This document shows positions 41,601 through 54,777 of a stretch of DNA of 64,000 bases, piece after piece. Position 1 is the stretch's first letter. Every line of letters begins with the position of its first letter. The notes beneath the pieces were generated by a model. The model did no database searches. It was not told where the DNA came from and saw nothing but the letters and a program-made list of their open reading frames with translations. The stretch is from Felis catus (taxonomy: Eukaryota), in the NCBI RefSeq assembly GCF_018350175.1, contig NC_058368.1, forward strand, positions 44,394,001 to 44,458,000, given 5' to 3'. The position numbers were made by a program, and so were the translations under genes.

Positions 41601-43589
41601 ACATGAAAGGGTGGGGGGGGGGGGATCCCAGTGATAGAGGCAAGCATACAACTAACATTTTTACAGGTGATTTTGGAGGAAGAAATCTCAGTAGAAATCT
41701 ATTGATGGTGGCAACATACAAAGTGAAGTTTGAGCCAGATTACAGGTAGGGCATAAACCTAAGTGTTCTTATTTAATGTATATAATCCCAGCACAGATGG
41801 TGGGGCTGGAAAACACCACAGGACAGGCAAAAGAAGTCAACTACATTTGGACAAACCAAATGTGGAATTTTGTAGTAGAATCCTGACTTGAACAAAACAG
41901 AGTCTAGTCTCAAATTCTCAACAGCTAAGAATTCTGTTTGTTTCTCAGCATGAGGTGCAAGAGGCAATTTTTAATGTGACCCTCCTTTCTATCTCTGAAC
42001 CCATTTCAAGCTTGTTTAGAAAAATATGCTTACATTAGCACTCATTTTAAAGGAGCAGATTTATTCAATCTCAGCAAAAATAGTGTTTTCTTTTAATAAA
42101 GGCACTGTTAAAAACTCCTTTAGATTTTGTTATAGGAAGATAACAGGGCAGATTTTGAGAACTATACAGCATTTAAGGTAAAGATTATGGGACCCAATAA
42201 AAATAAAACCATAAATGCATTTTCTCTATAAAATATTATTTTAATGAATGACATTTCTTCCTAAATAGCTTACATATTGCTTTTTCCCCATCTTTAAGCA
42301 ATAAAAGTTACTAGTTGTCTAATTAACCAATTAATAAATATCCAATATTAACAATTAAACTAACATAACAAGTAAATTAGTATGTCCCTTTATCAGTAAG
42401 CCAAGACCCAAACAAAAGAAGTCACACAGATCCTGTGTACTTCTATAATGTAATATAAATATAGAGTCTCTCTCTATAAATGAACTATATAGACTTATAT
42501 AGAACACACAGATCCTGTGTATTTCTATAATATAAACGAATGTGAGTTTTGAAAAGCTACATTTCAGATGTCCACAATGTGAGGATAGGATCAGTAGTAA
42601 ACATAATTTCAACAAGGATGACTGTCAGGAAACTTAAGAGAGATGTATGGTGAGACAGCAGACAGTTTGATGGAGTGAACATCTAGCTCTATTCTTTCTT
42701 ATGTAATGTAGATTCTTCTTGCATTGAATATTAACATTTATATTAAAGTATTTTTTTACAGTTTCAGGATATTAAATATAATATTCAAGTGTTTAAATGG
42801 TAAGCATCTTTTTTTTTCTAAAAAAGGAGAATCTTTTATATTATTTCTATGTCTGACAAAGATAAAGTTTGTTATCAGATGTATCCTCTGCATTTGTAGA
42901 GATATTAGAAAAAAAAGTATGTAAAATGTCCTAAGGCATATTAAAAATAAAACATATGGACTCCCTTATGTGACAACAACAAAAGTCTATCATTTTTCAC
43001 TTCTCTGTAGGTAGCATACCTATATATAAAGCAAGATAAGCTATGAGGTTATAAACTGCAAGCCATAAAAGTCATAAGATAATCCAATGTTATTTCTGAC
43101 AGGCTAAAAGCCTCAGTCACTTATATAGTAAATATTTGTCATTGGTGATATCAAACTTAAACTTACAGCATCAGAAAATGGAGCTTAAGAATCCTTACAC
43201 TGTTACTAAGTGTAAATCCAACAACTAAATTTATTCATTATATAAACTGTACAAAACATACAGTACTAATGAAAACATTTCTACAGATTGTTCTTTTTCA
43301 TAAATTGGATATGCTAATAAATAATTGTATGTTTGTTACTCCAGCTCAAAAACAGTACCTCATCTCCTTGAGGCACTGTTATACAGTAATTAAATTCTTC
43401 CAAGTACTTCCCCCAAATATACTAAAATCAAATGTTATTTATATACATGGTAATTAATCATAAATGCTAATTACACTTTTACTAAATTCACTAAATTTAC
43501 TAAATTTTACCAAATAAAAGCAAGTGAATTTCATGTTCTGAAATGTTCTCCGTAATGTATTTCTTAACTATTGAAGTATAAACATTTAA

Positions 43590-44170
43590 TAAGTTTTTAG
43601 AAGAGTTTTAAATTGACAGCAAAATTGAGCATAAGGTACAGAGATTTCTCATATAACCCTTGCCCCCGCACATGCATTGCCTCCCCATTATATACATCCC
43701 GAATAGTATCTTTTTTGATTGATGAACCTATATTGATACATCATTATCATTCAAAGTTCATAGTTTACATTACGGTTCACTCTTAGTTTTGTACATTCTC
43801 AGACTTTGACAAATGTATAATGACATGTATCCACCATTACAGTATATGAATACGTTCACTGTTCTAAAAATCCTTTGTGCTACGTCCAATTATCCCTTCC
43901 CCCCATCAAACTTGGCAATCACTGATACTTTTACTGTCTTCATAGTTTTGCCTTTTCTAGAATGTAATATAGTTGGAATCCTATAGTATGTAGCCTGTCT
44001 GATTGTCTTTGTTCACTTAAGAGTATGTATTTAAGTTTCCCTCATGGCTTTTGATGGCTTTATTTATTTGGCTTTATTTACCATTTCTTTTTAGCACTAA
44101 ATAATATTTAATTGGTTATATGCACCAGTTTATTTATCTATTATCAAAGGACATTTTGGCTGCTTCCAAC
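43590..44170 (-). mobile_element. Old L1 (L1MA/MC-like) 3' end
   Basis: acagcaaaattgagcataaggtacagagattt..tttgccttttctagaatgtaatatagttggaatc. Confidence 0.85.
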
Positions 44171-44171
44171 A

Positions 44172-45355
44172 TTGGAAGCAACATCACAGGATACAAAAAT
44201 CAATGTATAGAAATCTATTGCATTTCTATAAACCAAGCAGAAAGAGAAATCAAGGAATTTATCCCATTTAGAGTTGCACCAAAACCCATAAGATACCTAG
44301 GAATTAACCTAACCAAAGAGATAAAAGATCTATACTCTGAAAACTATAGAACACCTTTGAAAAAAAATTAAAAGAGGACACCAAGAAATGCAAAAACATT
44401 CCATGCTTATAGATTGGAAGAACAAATATTGATAAAATTGTTAACTCCTGAAAGTAATCCACACACTTAATGTAATCCCTATCAAAATACCACCAGCATT
44501 TTTTCACATAGCTATAACAAACAATCCTAAATTTGTATGGAATCACAAAAGACCTTGAATAGCCAAAGCTATCTTGAAAAAGAAAAGCAAAGCTAGAGGC
44601 ATCACAATTCCAGACTTCAAGCTATATTACAAAGCTGTGGCTATCAAAACAAGATGTTGTGAACACAAAAACAGACATATAGATCAATGGAACAGATTAT
44701 AATACCCAGAAATGGACCCACAACTAAATGGCCAACTAAACTTTAACAAAACAGGAAAGCATAACCAATAGAAAATAGTCTCTTAAACAAATGGTGTTGG
44801 GAAAACTGGACAGCAACATACAGAAGAATGAAACTGGACCACTTTCTTATAGGATATACAAAAATAAATTCAAAATGGATGAAATACCTCAATGTGAGAC
44901 AGAAGAGAAGATCATAGAGAAAAACAAAATTGTAGAGAAGAACACAGTCAGCAAAAACAAAATGGAACTACTGGTAATTCATCAAGTTACAAAGCTTCTG
45001 CACAGTGAAGCAAACAATCAACAAACTAAAAGATATCCTTTGGAGTGGAATAAAATATTTGCAAATGACATATCCCATAAAGGGTTAGTATCCAAAATCT
45101 ATAAAGAACTTATCAAACTCAACACCCAAAAAAACAAAAAATCCAGTTAAAAAATTGGGTAGAAGATATGAATAGACATTTTTTCCAAAGAAAACATACA
45201 GATGGCTAACATACACATGAAAATAATGCTCAACATCACTCATCATCAGGGAAATACAAATCAAAACTACAATGAAATATCACCTCACACCAGTCAGATG
45301 ACACTAAGAAATAGAAAAACATTCCATGCTATGGATTGGAAGAACTAATATTGTA

Positions 45356-45397
<42 letters not shown>

Positions 45398-45810
45398 ACT
45401 CAGCCATATAAAAGAATGAAATCTTGTCATTTGCAACAACTTGAATTGTGCTAGCATGTATTATGCACAGTGAAATAAGTAGTCAGAGAAAGAAAAATTC
45501 CATATGATTTCAGTCATATGTGGAAATTAAGAAACAGAACAGATGTACATAGGGGAAAGGAAAAAAGAAAAGAGGGAGGCAAATCATAAAAGAGACTTTT
45601 AACTATAGAGAACAAACTGAGGGTTGCTGGAGGAGAGATTGGTGGGGGGATCGGTTAAATGGGTGATTGGGACTACGGAGGTTACTTATTGTGATGAGCA
45701 CTGGGTATTGTATATAAGTGATGAATCACTAAATTTTGCTCCTGAACCAATATTACACTATATGTTACCTAACCGGAATTTACATTAAAACATGAAATTA
45801 AAAAAAGAAA
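44172..45810 (+). mobile_element. Carnivore L1, 5'-truncated, with internal deletions
   Basis: ORF2 remnants (IRYLGINLTKEIKDLYSENY; WNKIFANDISHKGLVSKIYKELIKLN), 3'UTR and A tail; (GT)n at 45359-45395. Confidence 0.93.
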
Positions 45811-46320
45811 GTATTGTAATATAACATTAATGTATGTAATTTACTTTAATGACATTATTTAGGAGGAAGGGGATGATAATGGTTTTACTGTTGATGTTAT
45901 CTTTCCCAAGAACATAGTCATGAATATGTTCATATTCATGTCTTCTCCTATATGTAAATTTCCAATTCTTTACCAAAGTCATCATTCATTCAAATATAAT
46001 ATTCCAGTCTTAATCACCATCTTTTCCCCATAATTACTTCCTGCTCCAGAGAATGTTTCAGAGAGCATTCTGTGGTGGGTTCTCATAGTATGTTTATGTA
46101 GAATAGGCATTGTAACTTTGCCTCTAGAAGGAAATTTGAGCTTCCAAAGGGGTAGATAAGGAATTTGTTCAAAGTCGTTATCACTGGTAGGATTCATATC
46201 AAGTTTTGTCTTAAAAAAAAAAAAACACACACACACACTGATTTTCTATTATTATTATTATATGCTTGTGTTTTCTGCCTCCACATTTTTGACCTTGGGA
46301 CATATTCAGTCTCCCATTCT

Positions 46321-46326
<6 letters not shown>

Positions 46327-46371
<45 letters not shown>
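46327..46371. repeat. (CT)n microsatellite
   Basis: Direct reading. Confidence 0.95.
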
Positions 46372-46373
<2 letters not shown>

Positions 46374-47599
46374 CCTCCCTCGATCCTTCCCTTCCTTCCT
46401 CTCTCTTATTTCTTCTGCCTTTCTACATCTTACCTATCTTCAACAATATAATTTATTTCTATACAGTCTCTTTTAATTCTTTTTTAGGTATAAACTCCCA
46501 ATTCCTCCAGTGGTGCAAACCTTTCCTTATTTATTGGCATTAGTCATAATTTGGCATTAGCAATATGAATTTGTGCATTTATGATCATTTCCAGGTTAAT
46601 GTTTCTTGAGACCACAACTGTGTTACCAAACTCTTTAAGAATGTAGAAATTCATTAAAAACTAATGAAATTTATTCAATTTTGCTTTTTCTAATAAACAA
46701 TATGAAGAATTTACTATACTAAATAAATCATTACTTTCAGTGAACATGAAATAAATGTAGTTCCCCTTATCTTTGAGTTTAGTTAAGAAATTATCAAAGT
46801 AAAAATAAATTTACAGAAAACAGATGAAAAATTTCTGCATATATCTTACATAAATAAAAATACATGAAAAGATTTTCCCTTCACTTTATTCCTTTATATT
46901 ACATCTAATAAATTATTACTCTTCTGATCCAGCATTAACTCTTCCTATTTTGACACAGACATTATTCCTAAATACTAGATCAAGTGCTCAGACATTCACC
47001 CCTTTCTCCTATACCCTTATCTTCATGCATTTTATTGAGTCCTTTCACTGAGCATATAAATATGATGGTCTACAATTTTATTTCTACTCTCACTTCACCA
47101 ATAGCTTTCTTGCTACACAACTATATTTTGTTCTTCGAAAGATGTCTTCACTATCTTCTTATTCAAACCTCTCATTCACACTTCAAGCCAAACAGTTTGG
47201 ATTTTTGACCCACCATTACATTAATAACTTCTCCACAGCAACTGATGAGTTAAGTGCCCAATACTATAAATGCGGACATCTCTGCAGTGTGTAAAAGATA
47301 CAGCACCCACTTTTAATGAAATTGTACTGTGTTTTTCATTTTGACAACAATTTTCTTGGTTTCCCATCACAACTACTGCTTCTATTGAATCTTGTTCACA
47401 TATTGCTCTTCAGTATTGTATCTTCAATGTCTCATAAGGGCCCAGATCAATGCAGTTACTACCTACTCATTAGGCAGTAAAACGTAAGTCAATGTCATCC
47501 ATGACATATCATCTTTTATATACACTAGTGAACCATTAATCTAAATTTCTTTTATAAGCTCTATCTCCTTCCTGCATGTACATCTTAATGAATTCTATT

Positions 47600-48060
47600 G
47601 AAGTTTGTGTTACATAAAAAAATTAGTATTTACATGTTTAATTCAGTGATTTTTAATACATGTATGCACCTATGTATCAATACCTGAAATAAAATATAAA
47701 ATATATCCACCAAAGGAAAACATTCCCTCATACTTTTTGCAGTAAAACCTTCCTCACTCCTATCCCCAGGCTATACTGATATGATTTGTAATATCTTGTT
47801 TTGCCAGTTCTAGAACTTCAAATAAATGAAGTAATACATTTTGTACATTTTGATCCAGCATAAGATTTTGAGTTTAAAGATTTTGTTATGTCAGTATCAT
47901 TAATTTTTTTTCCTGTTTTATTGCTGGTTAGTAATGGATTATATACATATGCCAAGATTTGTTTATACAAAATCTGTTGATAGACAATTGGCTTACTTCC
48001 AATGTTTTTGTGGACATATGTTTTCATTTCTCTTGGGTAAATACCTAGGAGTGTAATTTT
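47600..48060 (-). mobile_element. Old L1 3' fragment
   Basis: tttttgtggacatatgttttcatttctcttgggtaaatacctaggagtg. Confidence 0.8.
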
Positions 48061-48783
48061 GTTGGATCAAATGACTTCTTGAGAATTAATTGAGTATTTT
48101 TGCCTCTATTAACTTAGGCTATAACTCATCATGTTTGTTTTCTAATAGTTGTTCTAAGATGTACAACATGCTTATGGAGAAAGTCTTTGTAGTATTTTTT
48201 TTATGTAGCCCACATATTTATTGCAGTGCTACAGAGTTGCATTTTTTCTTTTTACCAATTTCAATAATTACAAAAATAAAAAGAGACAAGAAAAATAGAT
48301 AATATAAATATAACAGTGTATTCTATGTACATAAATTAGTGCTTTTCACATATTAAAACATTTAACTTCAATGATATATGATAGATTCCCCTACTATCAT
48401 TGCCATTAACAGAGAATTTGAGAGATTTTCTCAAGTTCTTACAGCTATTTAGAGGTGGAAATAGCATTTGAAAGGAGGTAATCTCACTCTAGAGACCTAC
48501 TTTTCACCACTTTGCATACAGCATCCCTTATATTCCACTATAGTATGTATCAATATATACTGAAAAGTAAAATGTATAAAAGGAAAGATGGTTTTTATAG
48601 GAGAATGACCAAGGGAATTATTTCTCTTTTGTCAATATTTATGTTCAAACTTTTTCTCCCCAGGAATTTCAACTATTTTAAAATACACTAAAATATGTTA
48701 ATTTTCTAAGTATGTTTTTAAATCAGTATTAGTGAGATCGAATTTTCATTAAAGATACACATATTTTGTCTATAGTTTTATGG

Positions 48784-48795
48784 TATATATATATG

Positions 48796-48832
<37 letters not shown>

Positions 48833-48902
48833 ATATATATATATATATAGTAATTTTTTAGAGTAATATATAACTATTTAATTATATATTACCATATATG
48901 TA

Positions 48903-48941
<39 letters not shown>
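48784..48941. repeat. (TA)n-rich microsatellite region
   Basis: Direct reading. Confidence 0.92.
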
Positions 48942-48942
<1 letters not shown>

Positions 48943-49406
48943 GTCACCACCACCATAGTCAATTCCATCACCTCAGAATATTCCCTTGTGCATTCTTGCA
49001 GTTAATCTTCTCAGCTCTCTCAGACAACCACCAATCTGCCACTACTATCTATCACTATTGATTAGATTTGTTTGTTCTAAAGATTCATATAAATGACATC
49101 ATACAGTATGCACTATTTTTTCTATTTTCATTCTCCCTATTTAAAGTTTGGATACTAATCCATCTTAATGCAAATTGATGCTGAGGCCCCCTTTATTGCT
49201 GAGAAGAATTCTCTTACATGAATATACCACAATTTGTATATTTCACATGTGGATGGCTATGAAAAATAAAGCAGTTATAGGGGCACCTGGGTGCCTCAGT
49301 TGGTTGAGTGTCTGACTCGTGATTTTGGCTCAGGTCATGGTTGTGGGATTGTGCCCTGCACTGAGCCTTGTATCAGGCTCCATGCTGAGCATTGAGCCTG
49401 CTTAAG

Positions 49407-49450
<44 letters not shown>

Positions 49451-49618
49451 CCTCCCTCTGCCCTTCTCCCCCACTTGCTTTCTCTCTCTCTGAAAAAATA
49501 AAAATAAAGAAAACTAAAAAAAATAAAGCAGTTATAAATATTTGTATAGAAGTATTTTTCTAGGCATATATTTTAATTATTTGTATTAATACCTGGGTAA
49601 GTAAATGTGTGGTCATAA
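48942..49618 (-). mobile_element. Old L1 3' fragment; contains a SINE and appears to resume at 53414-53460
   Basis: catataaatgacatcatacagtatgcact, tgaatataccacaatttg; continuation tataccattttacattaccactagcaatg after the ERV. Confidence 0.72.
49280..49518 (+). mobile_element. Can-SINE
   Basis: TSD aaaaataaagcagttata at 49262 and 49519. Confidence 0.96.
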
Positions 49619-50618
49619 TTACAGCCTGAAATCTATGGTCCCAGAAAACACTGATAAGAAGTCATCCCACACTTTGTTTTTCAAACTTTCCCCCATCATC
49701 CTTTCATGTTCCAGAGAAATGGCTATTCATGAAGGACCACTTTGTCCTTGCATATTCCAAGATAAATATTCCCTTCATTTTTCCTAATGACTCCTATAAG
49801 ACTCTCGATGATTTCCTTATTTACCTGCCTCTACAAATCCCAGACCACTTTCCTTTTCTTTGAGACACTCTTCATTAATTAATGCTGTCCCTATTGTAAA
49901 TGTTTGAATAAAACCATCTTCCTAATTGTCTGGTACATTTTGTCTTTGAGAATTTGGTAGCAGAACTTAGATGGGGTGGATCTCACTTTTACTATTTACT
50001 CCATCAAGTCAACAAAGCCTCTTGGTCTTGTGCTCCACTCCTGACTGCAGGAGAACACAATGGTGAGCTCCTAACCAGGGGCCAACTGATACTTTTGAGT
50101 ACTCAAAGACAGAGAAAGGACATGGCAAGAATTTATTTTTATATCGGGTGCTAGTTTATTTTGGTTTCATAGCTCGATTGTTTTGTGATTTCTTCAAATA
50201 GATGGTTTATAAAGATCTTGACTCTGTTGGGTGAAAGGCAACAGAGATTCTGATTTCTTTTTCTATTTGTTAATTTTGAGCTCAAATCAAATAAGAATTT
50301 GAACTTAATGGGAAGAGAGCAGTTCCTTGATATAAACTATTCAATTCTGTATTTCTGTGAGTATGTTTGACCTTTAGTGGGTATTTTAGAACTGATGCTA
50401 TGACTTCTCTAGACGAATCCATGTATTTAAGTTTCTGGGAGTATGTAATATTCTCCTATGTCAAGATGGGCTGTTACCAAATAACACTACAAATGTCCCT
50501 AAAACAAAACAAAACAAAACAAGAATATTCTGTTTGGTCGAAAGGTAAATTGCCATCTACATAAATTAAGTATTCCTAAAATTCCGATTATTTATTTATT
50601 TATTTATTTATTTCCAAA

Positions 50619-50731
50619 GGGGCACTTGGCTTGCTCAATCAGTGGAGCATGTTACTCTTGAATTTGTGGTCATGAGATCAAGCCCCATTTTGGGCATAGA
50701 ATCTAATTTTTTAAAAAGTAAGCAAATAAAA
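50619..50731 (+). mobile_element. Short old Can-SINE inside ERV
   Basis: ggggcacttggcttgctcaatcagtggagcatg head and aataaa tail. Confidence 0.85.
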
Positions 50732-51031
50732 CATTTTCCAAAGAAATCTTATGATTGAATATTATATTGATGCAAAACTAGAATTTTGTTTTCTCTGTTA
50801 AGAAAAATGCTTCTTGTATTATTACTCTTAACAAAAGGTTATAAAAGATTATACTTTTCTTTCTGTCTAATCTTACTAGATAACAGGTATTGTGTCTTAC
50901 CATAACAACCTTCCAGTGTTTATGTTGGTTGTATTATGTTCTTATTTACTTAGGAAAACAAAAGTTTCTCACTTAAGGAACAGCTAAAGTTCTATGCAGT
51001 CATGTTCTTCCTCTGTTTACTTTTAAAACAT

Positions 51032-51246
51032 TAAAAAAAATTTTAACATTTATTCATTTTTTGAAAGACAGAGAGAGAGCACAAGCAAGGGAGGGGCAGA
51101 GAGAGGGGGAGACACAGAATCCGAAGCAGGCTCCAGGCTCTGAGCTGTCAGCACAGGGCCCGATGCGGGGCTTGAACTCATGAAACGCAAGATCATGCCC
51201 TGAGCCAAAGTTGGATGCTTAACTGACTGAGCCACTCAGGCGCCCC
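51032..51246 (-). mobile_element. Can-SINE inside ERV
   Basis: TSD taaaacatt. Confidence 0.95.
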
Positions 51247-51354
51247 TAAAACATTTTATCGTTACTTTGAACAAATGGGCTGCCAAATACTGTTTCTTAA
51301 TTATATGTGATTCTATTTTAATCAAGTGTTCAAATCGCTTGACAATTCTTTTCT

Positions 51355-51576
51355 ATTTTTTAAATTGCTTTTAATGTTTATTTATTTTTGAGAGAGACAG
51401 AGAGACAGCGGACAAATGGGGGAAGGGCAGAGAGAGAAGGAAACACAGAATCCTAAGCAGGCTCCAGACCCGGAGCTGTCACCACAAGCCCGATGCAGGG
51501 CTCAAACTCATGAACTGTGAGATCATGACCTGAGCTGAAGTAGAACACTTAACTGACTGAGCCACCCAGGCACCCC
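51355..51576 (-). mobile_element. Can-SINE inside ERV
   Basis: SINE body; degenerate TSD acaattYttt. Confidence 0.95.
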
Positions 51577-53904
51577 TACAATTTTTTCTACTTTTATCTT
51601 CTGAAAACTTAATCCTAATTTTATCTTTTGAAGTTGTCTTTGGTATTTTCCAGAGGGCACTGGAAAATTACAATTTGTTCCTTTACCTTGTAAAAAGAGA
51701 GGTAATAAAAATAATTAGGCTTATTTGATATGGTACTATTGATGTATCACATGAGAGGAGTTCTCAAATAAGAAGAGAAATTCACCCTTCTTTGAGTTAA
51801 ATTTGTATGAGAAACATTATTAGTGTAAATATTTAAGAAATTGTTTGATGTTTGGGAAGTTCCAAAAAATCAGCAATGCCCTCATTGTTTATGGTATGTT
51901 TCTATATATATATGACAGTATATATCCACTGTGACTGAAATCATACAATAATACAGTGAGATCAGGCAAGTTTAATTTACCTTTTTTAAATGTTAACTTG
52001 TCCCTACATCCCTATTTTGAATTTAATACCTTCTCAGTAAGTGGTTTTCATCTGGGGATTCACATCATTCACTTAATGGATTTTATTAATATATAGATGT
52101 TGAGTATCTACTTCAGACTCACTTAAAATCTTTAAGTAATTTTCCTTATACATTCTTGGTATCTTCTAAACATGTGTTTGACATATTCATAATAAATTAG
52201 ATCTCAGGATTATTATATATTTTGTCTGAAGATTTTTATGTGATAAATAATAATCTTTCCTTGAGATTATCTCTAATTAGTTGGGAGGGGTGGAGAATGA
52301 CTGTAAAGAGTAATTTTGATTTATCAATGAAAAGCTATAACACCCCTTCTGGAACCTGAGCCTGTTCTTTGTCTTTGAACTATTTTGCAGGTCTTCATAA
52401 AGTGCAGGTAACTTATGAATGTACAAATTCTGTCTTGTCTGGTAGAGATTTAATTGACTTCCTCCTCCATTGTGGGGAAACAAACAAACAAACAAACAAA
52501 CAAAACCAACTTTTGTATCTACCTGTAAGTTCGGCTATATCTTGTCATCTTGCAGAAGTTTTCAATCCTTACTAAATGTTTAATTCATCCAGTTTCTTTC
52601 AATATCTGTCTACAATGGTCCAAATTTTCTACAAAAGGAGAAAAGTGTTTGCAATTTTTCTTCTATTCATCTAATTCATCCTCACAGAACACTAAATCCT
52701 GACTGCCCAGATCCCTATCAGTACTCTAGGTTGCCTTGCACCTTGCCTACTTCTCTCAGGTTCTGATGAAGCCCTGCTATTCAAAAGCTGATAAGGTGAT
52801 GTAAACCCCAAAAGACTCATCACCACAGCAGACCATGCACCGGCTGGATTTCTCCCTACACAAGCCACTGTCTTTTCTCTGGTAAAATGTTCAGATTATG
52901 TATCCCTTTATACCAAAAACATAGATAGCATCCCCAAGAGCATTAACATAAACTTCAATAAACTCAATGAGTAGTGCTGACAACTTAGTAACTTTCCTCC
53001 ACTGACCTCTTGAAATCCAATAGAATGATTGCCTCAGGGTTCTACCTCTGGCCTTACTTTTATACAATCTTTTATATTAATATTTCTCTCTTTCGTTTTA
53101 TCATAGTGGTGACAACACGGAAATTTATTTGAACCTTGTGCTCCTGGAAAGCAACAATGTTTAAGAATTCCCACCTCCCTCTTACATTGAGGGGGAGGAC
53201 TAACTTGAAAGACCACCTGGCACTCATACCATTTCCATCCCCCCTTGATGACTCTCCTAAGACTCAAGGATGATTCCCTTGTTTACTTGCCTCTCTAAAA
53301 CCTCAGGCTCCCTTCTTTACTTTGAGACATTGTACATTAATGAACATTATCCCTATTGCGATAACCTGAGTAAAAGCATACCCTTAATTGTCCCATGCAT
53401 TTTGTCTTTGACATTGATTATACCATTTTACATTACCACTAGCAATGAATAAATTGTTAGTGACAGCTTTGGAGAAGCTGAGCAGCACCTCCAGATGTCT
53501 TGTCTCTCCATCCTCCCACATGAAAACATAACCTCTCATATGAGTAAATGTTGAATCAACAACTAAACACTATATATTTTAAATGATATAAAAGTCATTA
53601 GCCAACCCAATTTTTCTTTCTGTTCACATGTCTTGTTTTGATGATGGTCTGAGATTGCCAAGATAGCAAGAGCAATATTTTGCCTTATTTTAATCAAACA
53701 ATTACATTATTGTATTAAAGCAGAGGATACTCTCTGCTTAGAACTTGGCATTGTTTTCAGTCATAAGTACTATCTCTTAAAAGATACTAAAGCAAAATAA
53801 ATCCTTTACCAGGAAGAATAATGAGGATAATGAGAGGCTTTTGAAGTGTTGTGTGAGGAATTCATTTTTTTAAAGGAATTACCCATACCCTTATGGTAAA
53901 GAGA

Positions 53905-53950
53905 ATTTTTTACTTTTTTATTTTTTTAATTTGTTTAATCTTTATTTATT

Positions 53951-54004
<54 letters not shown>

Positions 54005-54167
54005 AGAAGGAGAGGGACACCGAGAGAGGAAGGCTCAGAATCTGAAGCAGGCTCCAGGCTCTGAGCTGTCAGCACAGAGCCCAACGCGGGGCTTGAACTC
54101 ACAAGCTGTGAGATCATGACCTGAGCTGAAGTCGGATGCCCAACCGACTGAGCCACCCAGGCATCTC
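53905..54167 (-). mobile_element. Can-SINE with expanded (GA)n
   Basis: SINE body; long (GA)n at about 53954-54000. Confidence 0.96.
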
Positions 54168-54499
54168 AGAGGAATTCTTAAAGATAGGAGGAACATTTAA
54201 GTCTTACAAAGGGAAAATTAAAATCAGCTTTGAATGTTTAAAGATCTATCATGATACAGAAGAATTAGCTTTATAGATATTATCTGTAATGAATGGGTCA
54301 TACCAAAAATCAATTTTGAGCTTTATATCACATATACATTTCTAACTGTCTGCATTTTTCCAAAAAGAAATGGCGTCTTCAGGCCAATGAGTCACTTTCC
54401 TCTTCCAGATTATGAGTTACTTTCCAATGCAGATATTCAAGCAGTCTGAGTAACTATCAGTCTCAGTTTTTTATTATTTACTGCTATTATTATTAAAAT

Positions 54500-54711
54500 T
54501 TTTTGTGACATTTATTTATTTTTGAGAGACAGAGTGAGACAAAGTGAGAGCAGAGGAGGGGCAGAGAGAGAGGGAGACACAAAATCTGAATCAGGCTCCA
54601 GGCTCTGAACTGTCAACACAGAGCCTGACGCAGGGCTCAAACCCATAAGCTGTGAGATCATGACCTGAGCTGAAGTCAGATGCTTAACGGACTGAGCCAC
54701 CCAGGCACCCC
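54500..54711 (-). mobile_element. Can-SINE
   Basis: TSD tgctattattattaaaat on both sides. Confidence 0.96.
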
Positions 54712-54777
54712 TATTGCTATTATTATTAAAATATAATACAGAGATTAGACAAATAGTTCTTGAATATTCCTTAAAAG

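Larger units (their letters stand above)
49620..53413 (+). mobile_element. Decayed non-coding ERV1-type (MER4/MER34-group-like) provirus with two LTRs
   Basis: Related LTRs at ~49620-49951 and 53201-53413 (shared atgactc..taagactc..gatgatt, ctttgagaca, ccctattg, taattgtc, cattttgtctttga); PBS-like tggtagcaga at 49955; purine tract gagggggagga at 53189-53199; no gag/pol ORF; left boundary uncertain. Confidence 0.8.

Noticed and set aside
42423..42531. CRISPR-like repeat-spacer array
   Set aside because: Only two units, in mammalian DNA, with no cas genes.
43590..45810. Single twin-primed inverted L1
   Set aside because: Both parts carry their own different 3' ends, so they are two independent elements.
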